NCBI GenBank assembly: GCA_965228735.1
Contig: OZ245838.1
Location: forward strand, 3,424,001 to 3,488,000
Direction of reading: 5' to 3'
Length of the DNA stretch: 64,000 nucleotides
Origin: Planctomycetota bacterium
GTDB lineage: Bacteria; Planctomycetota; UBA1135; UBA2386
Shown: one piece after another, positions 1-7,839 of the stretch
Layout: each line of letters begins with the position of its first letter
Position numbering within the stretch: position 1 is the first letter of the stretch
Translations under genes and position numbers: made by a program
Notes under the pieces: model-generated
Seen by the model: only the letters and a program-made list of their open reading frames with translations
Database searches by the model: none
Told to the model about the DNA's origin: nothing

Positions 1-2
1 TC

Positions 3-299
3 GAGCTGCGCATCCCCGAACGGCTCGTTCTCGCGGCCCTTGATCAGGTCGCGGTCGAGTTCGCCCCGACCGCGCGCCCGAGCGACGCGCTGGCCGTCAG
101 CGAGCTTCGCATCGCGCCGGCCAGCACGGTGCTCGAAGGCACGAACGTGTTCCTCGGCGAAGGCACGGTCCCCATCGACCTCGGCGCGCTGCCGCCGGGG
201 ATGGAGGGCACCGCCCTGATCGACGCCGGTCCGCGCTCGGCCTGGTGGGTGCTCACCCACCGCGTCACCGACTGGCTGCGGCTCAACTTCTGGCTGTGA
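3..299 (+). CDS. C-terminal end of HlyD-family efflux/membrane-fusion protein (5'-truncated by window)
   Basis: Open frame from base 3 to TGA 297-299. It ends ...PPGMEGTALIDAGPRSAWWVLTHRVTDWLRLNFWL, the PGMxGxAxIxxGxR...W tail typical of HlyD-type adaptors, directly upstream of an M50-HlyD gene. Confidence 0.75.
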   Translation, partial: ELRIPERLVLAALDQVAVEFAPTARPSDALAVSELRIAPASTVLEGTNVFLGEGTVPIDLGALPPGMEGTALIDAGPRSAWWVLTHRVTDWLRLNFWL

Positions 300-314
300 C
301 GCGGAACTCTTGAG

Positions 315-2486
315 ATGACCGGGCAAGCGGCAACGACGACGACGGCCACGGCCGATCGGAACGAGCGCGTGCTCGGGCCGCTCAAGGTCGGCCTGCGCCG
401 CGACCTGCACTTCACGCGCCAGGCCACGCGCGGCGGGCCGCGTTACATCGCGCACGACCCGGTGACGTTCGAGAATCACGCGTTCGGCGCGGCCGACTAC
501 CAGGTGATCACGGCGATCACGCACGAACGCACGCTGTCGGCGACGTTCGAGCAACTCGTCATGCGCGGCCTCGTCGAGGACACCGCGGATGGTCGCGACG
601 GGTTCTATCGCTTCGTCATCTGGCTGCACGGCAAGGGCCTCGTGCACCTGCCGATCGGCAACGGCGACCTGCTCTGGGACCGGCACAACGAACGGCGAGA
701 GCAACATCGCACGGCGTGGTACCGCACGCTGATGTACCACAAGGTGCCGCTCGGCAGTCCGGATGCGTTCTTGCGGCGCACGATGCCGCTGTTCGGCTGG
801 CTCTTCTCGGTGCCGGGCCTCCTGCTCTGGACGGCGCTCATGGGGCTCGTCGCGTGGAAGTGCTTCGGCCGCTTCGACGAGCTGTTCGGCCAGGCCCGGG
901 GTCTGCTCACGATCGCGAACCTGCCGCTGCTCTGGGGCGCGCTCGTCGTGCTCAAGGCCCTGCACGAGTTCGGGCACGCGTACGCGTGCCGGCGTTTCGG
1001 CGCCGCGGTGCCCGAGATGGGCGTCGTGCTGATCATGCTCACCCCGTGCGCCTACGTCGACGCGAGTGCGTCGTGGCGGCTCGATTCACGCCGCCGGCGG
1101 GCCATCGTCGCGCTCGGCGGCATGTACGTGGAATCGATCATCGCGGCCCTCGCCGCGCTCGTCTGGCTCGGCACCCCCCCGGGCTTCGTGCACGACCTCG
1201 CGCTCAACGTCGTCGTGCTCGCGAGCGTCGTCACCGTGCTCTTCAACATCAATCCGTTGATGAAGTACGACGGCTACTACCTGTTCTCGGACGTGGTGGG
1301 CGTGTTCAACCTGCAGCAGCGGTCCGCCGAGTTCTTGAACGCCTGGGTCGCGCACCTCGTGCTCGGCAGCCCACGGCCGCAGCACGACTACGCCCCGAGC
1401 GAACGCTGGCTCTACGCGACGTTCGGACCCGCGACCGTCGTGTATCGCATGTTCCTCGCGTTCGCGATCACCGCGCTCGTGATGGCGCAGTGGCCCGGCG
1501 CCGGTTTGTTCCTCGCCGCGGTGTTCTTCTACGGGCTCGCGATCCAGCCGACGCTGCGGCTCCTGCTGCGCCTGTGGCGGAACGATGCGCCCGCGCAACG
1601 CGTGCGCAGCCGCCTCGTCGCGGTGAGCCTCGTGACGATCCTGCCGATGCTCGCGAGCATGGTGCCGATCTCGTGGCACGTCACCGCTCCCGGCATCCTC
1701 GATCCGCAGTCGCGCGAGACGGTCCGCGCTCCCGCCGCGGGCTTCGTCGTCGAGCTCGACCATGCGATCGGCGATGCGGTCAGCAAGCACGACCGCCTCG
1801 GCCGCCTCGAGAACCCGGATCTCGAGGCTCGCCACCGCAAGATGCGGAACGAGCTGCTCGCCGAGCGCACGAGCCTCGACGCGATCGAGCTCGAGGACCC
1901 GACGCAGGCCGCGATCCACCGCTCCCGCATCGACTTCCTCGAAGCCGGCGTGACGGAGCTGAAGAGTCAGCTCGACGCGATGACGTTGACCGCGGCGACC
2001 ACGGGTCGGATCGCGAACCCCGAACGGCACGACTGGCGCGGGCGGTTCGTCCAACAGGGCGAGGAGCTGCTGCAGGTGCACTCGGAGCACCGCTTCCTGC
2101 GCGTCGTGCTCACCGACGAAGCCGTGTCGCGCACGCGGCTCGAGGTCGGCTCGCAGGCGATCGTGCGCTTCACGTGTGATCCGACGCGCGCGATCCAGGC
2201 CACGGTGCGCGACATCAAGAAGTCGGCGTCGCGCGAACGGATCCCGCTCGCGCTCACGATGCTCGCCGGCGGCGACGTCTACGCGCGCCCGCTCGCGGAA
2301 GGCAGCGCGTACGCGGTCGCCGACGAGCCGTACCTGCACATCCTGCTCGAGGTCGAGGACGTGCCGCTGGTCGATCGCGGCGCGGGGCTGACCGCGCGCG
2401 TGCAGTTCGACGCGCGCATCGAGTTGTTCGGCGCGTGGCTGCATCGCCGCGTGGTCGGGTTCTTCAACTCGTGGCGGATGTCGTAG
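315..2486 (+). CDS. Site-2 protease (peptidase M50) fused to HlyD-like biotinyl/coiled-coil domain
   Basis: HEFGH zinc motif and NPLMKYDG motif of M50, multiple TM segments, then an 'APGILDP...VRAPAAGFV' lipoyl-like half, a coiled coil and a HlyD-like C-terminus. Confidence 0.85.
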   Translation: MTGQAATTTTATADRNERVLGPLKVGLRRDLHFTRQATRGGPRYIAHDPVTFENHAFGAADYQVITAITHERTLSATFEQLVMRGLVEDTADGRDGFYRFVIWLHGKGLVHLPIGNGDLLWDRHNERREQHRTAWYRTLMYHKVPLGSPDAFLRRTMPLFGWLFSVPGLLLWTALMGLVAWKCFGRFDELFGQARGLLTIANLPLLWGALVVLKALHEFGHAYACRRFGAAVPEMGVVLIMLTPCAYVDASASWRLDSRRRRAIVALGGMYVESIIAALAALVWLGTPPGFVHDLALNVVVLASVVTVLFNINPLMKYDGYYLFSDVVGVFNLQQRSAEFLNAWVAHLVLGSPRPQHDYAPSERWLYATFGPATVVYRMFLAFAITALVMAQWPGAGLFLAAVFFYGLAIQPTLRLLLRLWRNDAPAQRVRSRLVAVSLVTILPMLASMVPISWHVTAPGILDPQSRETVRAPAAGFVVELDHAIGDAVSKHDRLGRLENPDLEARHRKMRNELLAERTSLDAIELEDPTQAAIHRSRIDFLEAGVTELKSQLDAMTLTAATTGRIANPERHDWRGRFVQQGEELLQVHSEHRFLRVVLTDEAVSRTRLEVGSQAIVRFTCDPTRAIQATVRDIKKSASRERIPLALTMLAGGDVYARPLAEGSAYAVADEPYLHILLEVEDVPLVDRGAGLTARVQFDARIELFGAWLHRRVVGFFNSWRMS

Positions 2487-2506
2487 CTGCGACGCCATTC
2501 GAAAAA

Positions 2507-2548
2507 TGTCAATCACTGCATTGACAGATCGAGGACATCTGATAGGGT
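2507..2548 (+). promoter_or_regulatory. Sigma70-type promoter with overlapping palindromic operator
   Basis: TTGACA 2521-2526, 16-nt spacer, TGn extended -10 and TAGGGT 2543-2548. Inverted repeat TGTCAAT-N6-ATTGACA (2507-2526) overlaps the -35. This is a locally AT-rich patch in GC-rich DNA. Confidence 0.6.
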
Positions 2549-2693
2549 TCCGCGCCCCAATGAGTCACCTATCAAGACAACCGGCGCGAGCGTACCCCAC
2601 GCCATCCGCCACGCGCGCAGGAATTGCGACGCCCGACTGACGGCTCGACCTCGACATTCGTCGACGAGAGAGTGTTCTCAGTCGCCGCGCCGC

Positions 2694-2735
2694 AGAGCCT
2701 CGCCCGGAAGCCCCGAGCGAGGCTCTCTTGGTTTT
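2694..2735 (+). terminator. Intrinsic terminator/attenuator-like hairpin
   Basis: 10-bp stem AGAGCCTCGC (2694-2703)/GCGAGGCTCT (2717-2726) followed by CTTGGTTTT. Confidence 0.5.
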
Positions 2736-2853
2736 GGCGCGTGATTGCGGCTCGCAGCGCTCGGGTCCCGTGACCCGGAACGCCCGCCCATCATCGAACT
2801 CGAGAACGAGGAGAAGCACGAATGAACGTCCAACACAGCATCCAGAACGGCTG

Positions 2854-3323
2854 ACGTCGTCCGGCGGCGCGAGCCGGCTGCGACCACTCCGGTGGCCGTA
2901 TCGCCGGCCCGTGTTCCGCGACAACGGGTTCTGCCGGCGTCACCGATCCGGAACCGAGCCTGCGGTTGCAGGTGGCAGAGCCATGCTCATGCGGGTTCGA
3001 ATCCCGCACCTGACTTCGGATCAGGCCGCCCAGATCAGGGAACACCTGACGAGGGCTCCCGCGTTCGGCCGGCGCCCCGTCCCTTACAGCCATCCTATGA
3101 CGGTGTGCGAGAGCATACCTGTCCATAGGCACCGCCTGATATCGCCTTGTATGCACGGTACGCGTCGCGGCAGCGACGTGGTCACGCCACCGGTATGCCC
3201 GTTGCGCCCATTCGAAGGGGACGGCGCGCGGCGACCGGACGGGACCGCGAAGCGCCGCGGCGAACCGTCCATCCGCGACGACGGCGGGGCACCGGGGAAC
3301 GGGGCGCCGGCTGGCGCCTTTTT
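2854..3323 (+). ncRNA. Putative structured ncRNA/leader containing a tRNA-like module
   Basis: Perfect T-arm GCGGG-TTCGAAT-CCCGC (2991-3007), adjacent UUCG-containing hairpin (3009-3025), GNRA-capped hairpins (3094-3129 GAGA; 3161-3180 GGCA), 13-bp long-range stem 3068-3080/3299-3311 and terminator-like 3301-3323. No credible ORF covers it. Confidence 0.6.
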
Positions 3324-3434
3324 CGCCTGCGCCGCAGTTCCGACGTCACCCGTTCCACCGAACACCCAGTTCCCGAACCAGAGCAGTCCCCGAACCAGAG
3401 GAAGAACACCCAGAGAAAGCAGAGAGGAAGAACC

Positions 3435-4559
3435 ATGATCCGTGTCACCATCGAGAAGAACCAGATCGGCATCGTGCTGCAGGACGGCGACGTCCGGCGC
3501 GTGCTGTCGGCCGGCCGTCACTACGTCCCGGAGCGCGTGCTGCCGGGCGTGACGGTCGCCCGCCTCAACCAGCGCATCACCCGCCTGGCCCACAGCAAGC
3601 TCGACGCGATCGTCGAGTCGCCCGCGCTGCGCGACCTGCTCACCGTCGTCGACCTCGGCGAGGACGAGCGGGCCATCGTGTGGCGTGACGGCCGGCTCTA
3701 CGACGTCGTCGCGGCGGGCCGATTCGCCTACTGGAACGCGCCGTACGCGCTGAAGGTCGAGACCTTCAGCGCCACGGCGACCCGGTTCACGCACCCCCAG
3801 CTGAACGCGATCCTCGCTCGCGAGGATGCGCGCACCCAGCTGGTCGGCATCGACGTCGAGCCGCACGAGCGCCTGCTCGTGCGGCGCGGCGGCGAGCTGA
3901 TCGGTGTGTTCGGCCCGGGCCGACACGCGTTCTGGCGCCTCGGCGGTGCGGTCACGTGGCAGGACGTCGACATGCGCGAACAGCTCGCGGACATCGGCGG
4001 CCAGGAGATCATGACGGCGGACAACGTCACGCTTCGGCTCAACCTGACCGTGACGTGGCAGATCACCGACCCGGTGGCCGCGACGACCGTCGTCGCTTCT
4101 GCTGGCCAGGCGCTCTACCGCGAAGCGCAGCTCGCGCTGCGGGCCGCCGTCTCGGCCCGCGATCTCGAGCGCGTGCTCACGGACAAGGCCGATCTCAGCA
4201 ACGAGGTCCGCGATGCGATCGCTGGCCGCGTGAACGAGTTCGGCGTCCGCGTCGTGAGCACGGGCATCCGTGACATCGTGCTGCCGGGCGACATGAAGGC
4301 GATCCTCAACCAGGTGATCGAGGCCAGGAAGCAGGCGGAAGCCAACCTGATCCGGCGGCGCGAGGAAACCGCGGCGGCCCGGAGCCAGGCCAACACCGCG
4401 CGCCTCCTGGCGGAGCACCCGGTGCTCATGCGCATGAAGGAGCTCGAGAGCCTGGAGGCGATCCTGCGGGGCACCCGCAGCACGTTCGTCTTCGGGACCG
4501 GCGACCTGACGGCGCAGATGAAGACGCTCGTTGCCAGCCAGAAGGACGGCGACGAGTGA
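3435..4559 (+). CDS. Slipin family (SPFH/band 7) protein
   Basis: ATG 3435 after AGAGAGGAAG RBS. Repeated 'vl.pGrh.fW' N-terminal units, 'GQEIMTADNVTLRLN', 'IRDIVLPGDMKAILNQVIEARKQAEANLIRRREETAA' and 'PVLMRMKELESLE'. Confidence 0.9.
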   Translation: MIRVTIEKNQIGIVLQDGDVRRVLSAGRHYVPERVLPGVTVARLNQRITRLAHSKLDAIVESPALRDLLTVVDLGEDERAIVWRDGRLYDVVAAGRFAYWNAPYALKVETFSATATRFTHPQLNAILAREDARTQLVGIDVEPHERLLVRRGGELIGVFGPGRHAFWRLGGAVTWQDVDMREQLADIGGQEIMTADNVTLRLNLTVTWQITDPVAATTVVASAGQALYREAQLALRAAVSARDLERVLTDKADLSNEVRDAIAGRVNEFGVRVVSTGIRDIVLPGDMKAILNQVIEARKQAEANLIRRREETAAARSQANTARLLAEHPVLMRMKELESLEAILRGTRSTFVFGTGDLTAQMKTLVASQKDGDE

Positions 4560-4564
4560 GGCAC

Positions 4565-4601
4565 TGGCCGGTAGCGACCGTGACGCGGTCGCTACCGGCC
4601 A
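4565..4601 (+). terminator. Perfect 16-bp hairpin after slipin gene
   Basis: TGGCCGGTAGCGACCG-tgacg-CGGTCGCTACCGGCCA, 5 nt after the stop, with no U-tract. Confidence 0.5.
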
Positions 4602-4713
4602 TGGCCATGCGCTGCGGCCGCGGCCGCGATCGCGGCGAGCCGGAGCCCCCGGGCGGTGGATCCGCGCAACCCCTGGCGAGCCGCGGCCGTATCCCGTTTC
4701 ATGGTGCGCCGCC

Positions 4714-7700
4714 ATGCACCGCACCCTGCATCGACTCGCGATCATCCTGCCGGGACTGCTCGGCACGGCCGTTCTCGCGCAGCAGCCAGCCGCCGCGAAC
4801 GCCCCGACCGACTCCGTCTACCGCGACCGGATCCAGCCGCTGCTGAGCAAGCACTGCTTCCGCTGCCACGGTGAGAAGAAGCAGAAGGCCGACGTCCGGC
4901 TCGACAATCTCGACGCGACGATGGGCACGGCCGCGGCGGCCGAGGGCTGGCGGTCGGCGCTCGACATGATCAACTCCGGCGAGATGCCGCCGGAGGACGA
5001 GCCGCAGTTCACCGACGACCAGCGGCGCGAGGTCGTCGACTGGATGACGAGCTCGCTCGACCGGGCCGCCGAGGAGCAGAAGGGCCAACGCCACGTCGTG
5101 CTGCGGCGCCTGACCCGGGCGCAGTACACCAACGCGCTGCAGGACCTGCTCGGAGTCACGATCGACTTCGGCCGCGACCTGCCGGCCGACGGCAAGTCCG
5201 AGATGGGCTTCTCCAACAACGGCGAGGTCCTGCAGGCGAGCTCGCTGCACCTGGACTACTACCGTGACATCGCGCGCCGCGGCATCGAGCAGGCGATCCC
5301 GATCGGCGGCCGCCCGCCCGTCACGCACTACCGCGTCGAGTTCGGCAAGGGCATCGGCAAGGGCCTCGTGGCCGGTCGCACCGGCGGCTACCAGTCCGTG
5401 CCGCTCAACCCCGACGACTTCACCGTCGAGATCCTCGGCGACGGCCCCGCTGACGAGGACGAACGCCATCGCCTGCAGAAGAAGATCAGCGTCGGCCTGC
5501 GCGGCTCGGGCCAGGACCGGTTCCGCGTCACCGACGACGGCATGGTGCTGCTGTCCGCGCTGCCGCACCGCGAGAAGGTGCCGAAATCGTGGCAGGGCCC
5601 GTCACCCAACCTCAAACTCGAGATGCAGCGCTGCTGGCCGCGCACCGGCGACTTCGTGATGCGCGTCACGGCGTCGCGCGGCACGGTCCCGCCGCTGCGC
5701 CGCCAGATCCTCGTCGGGCTCGACGAACCGATCGCGCTCGCGGCGATCGGCGAGGACGGCGCGCCGCGCGGCCCCGAGGGTGCGATCGTGATCGCGGCGA
5801 AGTCGAAGCGCGTCGACCAGAAGAAGAACGTGCGCCTCGAGGGCGACACGCTCGTCGCCGTCGACGTGCCCGAGCCGAGCCGCGTGCGCGTGCGCGCCGA
5901 CCTGCCGCGCGACGGCTTCTGGCAGGTCGACCTCGTGCACCCCTACGTCGCGCCCGACGCGATGCCGTCCGTGCGGCTCTCGGCGGCGGGGCACCACATC
6001 GACCAGCGGCTGACGCTCGAGGAAGCCGGCTCCGAGCTGCGCGTGACGCCGCTCGGCGTGCTCGGCCTGCGCGCCGGTCGCCACCACCTCGTCGTCGGCG
6101 GCCCGTTCTTCGTCGGCTGCAGCCACGTGGTGATCACGCCGCTGCCGGCGGACCACCCGCAGGTCGTCCGGCTCACCGCGCGCGTCGACGAGCAGAACGA
6201 CGCCGTCAAGGATCTCGTGCCGTCGATCCGGGCGCTGGTCGGCACCCGCACCGACGACGGCATGGACTACCTCACGTTCGGCGACGCGCAGGAGGTGCAC
6301 GCGAAAGAAGGCCAGCCCGCGACGTACGAGTTCTTCGGCCGCCTCGAGAACCTGCCGATCCCGGCCCCCGAGTCGGGGGACCTGGAGGTCCTGTCGGGCT
6401 TCCTGCTCCTCGGCATCTGGAACGACCACCTCGTCAAGAGCAAGAACGAGACCGGGCCGCCGCTGCTCGTGAAGGCGATCGAGTTCGAGGCCCCCTACCA
6501 TCCGACGTGGCCGCCGCGGTCGCGGCAGCAGATCTTCGTCGATGGCGACCGCAGCGACCTCGTGGCCTACACGCGCACGGTGCTGCGGACGTTCCTCGAG
6601 CGCGCGTTCCGGCGCGACGTCGAGGCCGCCGAGGTCGAACGCTACCTCGGGTTCTGGCAGGCGATCCGCGGCGATTACGGCTCCTACGAGGAAGGCGTCG
6701 GCGAGGTGCTGATCGCGATCCTGTGCTCGCCGCAGTTCTTGTATCTGGTCGAGTTCGAGGAGCACCAGGAGGAGCTGTCCGAGATGGCGCTCGCTAACCG
6801 GCTCGCGTTCTTCCTGTGGAACTCGCCGCCCGATGCCGAGCTCCGCGCCGTCGCCGAACGCGGTGAACTCCGGTCCGAACTGCTCGCCCAGACGGACCGC
6901 ATACTCGATGACGACAAGGCGTGGCGCTTCGTCCGCGCGTTCGCCTACGAGTGGCTGCGGCTCGATCGCCACGCGGAGATGACGATCAACGTCGACCAGC
7001 ACGGCGACTACACGCGCTTCGTGAAGCGCGACATGGCGGAGGAGACCTACCACTTCGTGCACCGCGTGCTGCACGACGACCTGCCGATCACCGCGCTGAT
7101 CGACTCGGACTTCGCGATGCTCAATCAGAACCTCGCCGAGTTCTATGGCATCGACGGCGTCATGGGGCCGCACTTCCGCCCCGTGCCCGTGACCCCGGAC
7201 CAGCGCCGCGGCGGTCTGCTCTCGCAGGGCGCGTTCCTCGTCGGTCACAGCGACGGCATGGAGCCGCACCCGATCAAGCGCGCGGTGTGGGTGAAGGAGA
7301 AGATCCTCGGCGACCCGCCGCCGCCGCCGCCGCCGAACGTGCCCGACCTCGACCCGGACACGCCGGGCTTCGAGAAGCTCACGCTCAAACAGCAGCTCGA
7401 GGTGCACCGCGACAGCGCATCGTGCCGCGACTGCCATGCGGGCATCGACCCGTTCGGCATCGCGTTCGAGAAGCTCTCGGCGGTCGGCCGCTACGAACCG
7501 AAGCGCAAGGGTCTGACCGTGGACGCGACAACGGTGCTGCCGGACGGCACCGCGATCGACGGGGTGCGGCAGCTGCAGGACTACCTGCTCGGCGAACGCC
7601 GCGACGACTTCGCGCGGGCGCTGATCGAGCACCTGTTCGCCTACGCGCTCGGCCGCAATGTGCACTTCGCGGACGAAAGTGAGATCGACGCGCTGCTGTG

Positions 7701-7779
7701 GCAGGTAAAACTGTCCGGGTATCGGATGCGGGCGGTGATCCGCAGCATCGTCACGAGTCCGTCGTTCACCCACCGGTGA
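4714..7779 (+). CDS. DUF1592-type planctomycete cytochrome c protein (PSCyt/PSD domains)
   Basis: Signal peptide from ATG 4714, CFRCH and CRDCH heme motifs, 'LRRLTRAQYTNAL', 'LANRLAFFLWNSPPD', 'RGGLLSQGAFL', 'HPIKRAVWV' and 'YALGR'. Confidence 0.92.
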   Translation: MHRTLHRLAIILPGLLGTAVLAQQPAAANAPTDSVYRDRIQPLLSKHCFRCHGEKKQKADVRLDNLDATMGTAAAAEGWRSALDMINSGEMPPEDEPQFTDDQRREVVDWMTSSLDRAAEEQKGQRHVVLRRLTRAQYTNALQDLLGVTIDFGRDLPADGKSEMGFSNNGEVLQASSLHLDYYRDIARRGIEQAIPIGGRPPVTHYRVEFGKGIGKGLVAGRTGGYQSVPLNPDDFTVEILGDGPADEDERHRLQKKISVGLRGSGQDRFRVTDDGMVLLSALPHREKVPKSWQGPSPNLKLEMQRCWPRTGDFVMRVTASRGTVPPLRRQILVGLDEPIALAAIGEDGAPRGPEGAIVIAAKSKRVDQKKNVRLEGDTLVAVDVPEPSRVRVRADLPRDGFWQVDLVHPYVAPDAMPSVRLSAAGHHIDQRLTLEEAGSELRVTPLGVLGLRAGRHHLVVGGPFFVGCSHVVITPLPADHPQVVRLTARVDEQNDAVKDLVPSIRALVGTRTDDGMDYLTFGDAQEVHAKEGQPATYEFFGRLENLPIPAPESGDLEVLSGFLLLGIWNDHLVKSKNETGPPLLVKAIEFEAPYHPTWPPRSRQQIFVDGDRSDLVAYTRTVLRTFLERAFRRDVEAAEVERYLGFWQAIRGDYGSYEEGVGEVLIAILCSPQFLYLVEFEEHQEELSEMALANRLAFFLWNSPPDAELRAVAERGELRSELLAQTDRILDDDKAWRFVRAFAYEWLRLDRHAEMTINVDQHGDYTRFVKRDMAEETYHFVHRVLHDDLPITALIDSDFAMLNQNLAEFYGIDGVMGPHFRPVPVTPDQRRGGLLSQGAFLVGHSDGMEPHPIKRAVWVKEKILGDPPPPPPPNVPDLDPDTPGFEKLTLKQQLEVHRDSASCRDCHAGIDPFGIAFEKLSAVGRYEPKRKGLTVDATTVLPDGTAIDGVRQLQDYLLGERRDDFARALIEHLFAYALGRNVHFADESEIDALLWQVKLSGYRMRAVIRSIVTSPSFTHR

Positions 7780-7839
7780 CGTCGGCCGATCCCTCCAGGT
7801 TGCCTGTCCGACACGCCCCGTAAGCCGAAGTCATCCCTC

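Noticed and set aside
2852..3013. Sec readthrough of the MNVQHSIQNG mini-ORF
   Set aside because: No redox motif around the TGA, and the downstream frame is not protein-like and runs through the T-arm.
2965..3014. Canonical tRNA gene
   Set aside because: The T-arm is perfect, but there is no anticodon arm, the D-arm is truncated and there is no CCA. Kept only as a tRNA-like module.
3130..3215. Hammerhead or other known ribozyme core
   Set aside because: CTGATAT does not match the CUGANGA core, and I could not place a matching GAAA/cleavage junction.
2728..3438. 236-aa ORF and N-terminal extension of slipin from 3147
   Set aside because: Low-complexity Arg/Pro translation with no motifs. 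The RBS and family similarity begin at ATG 3435.
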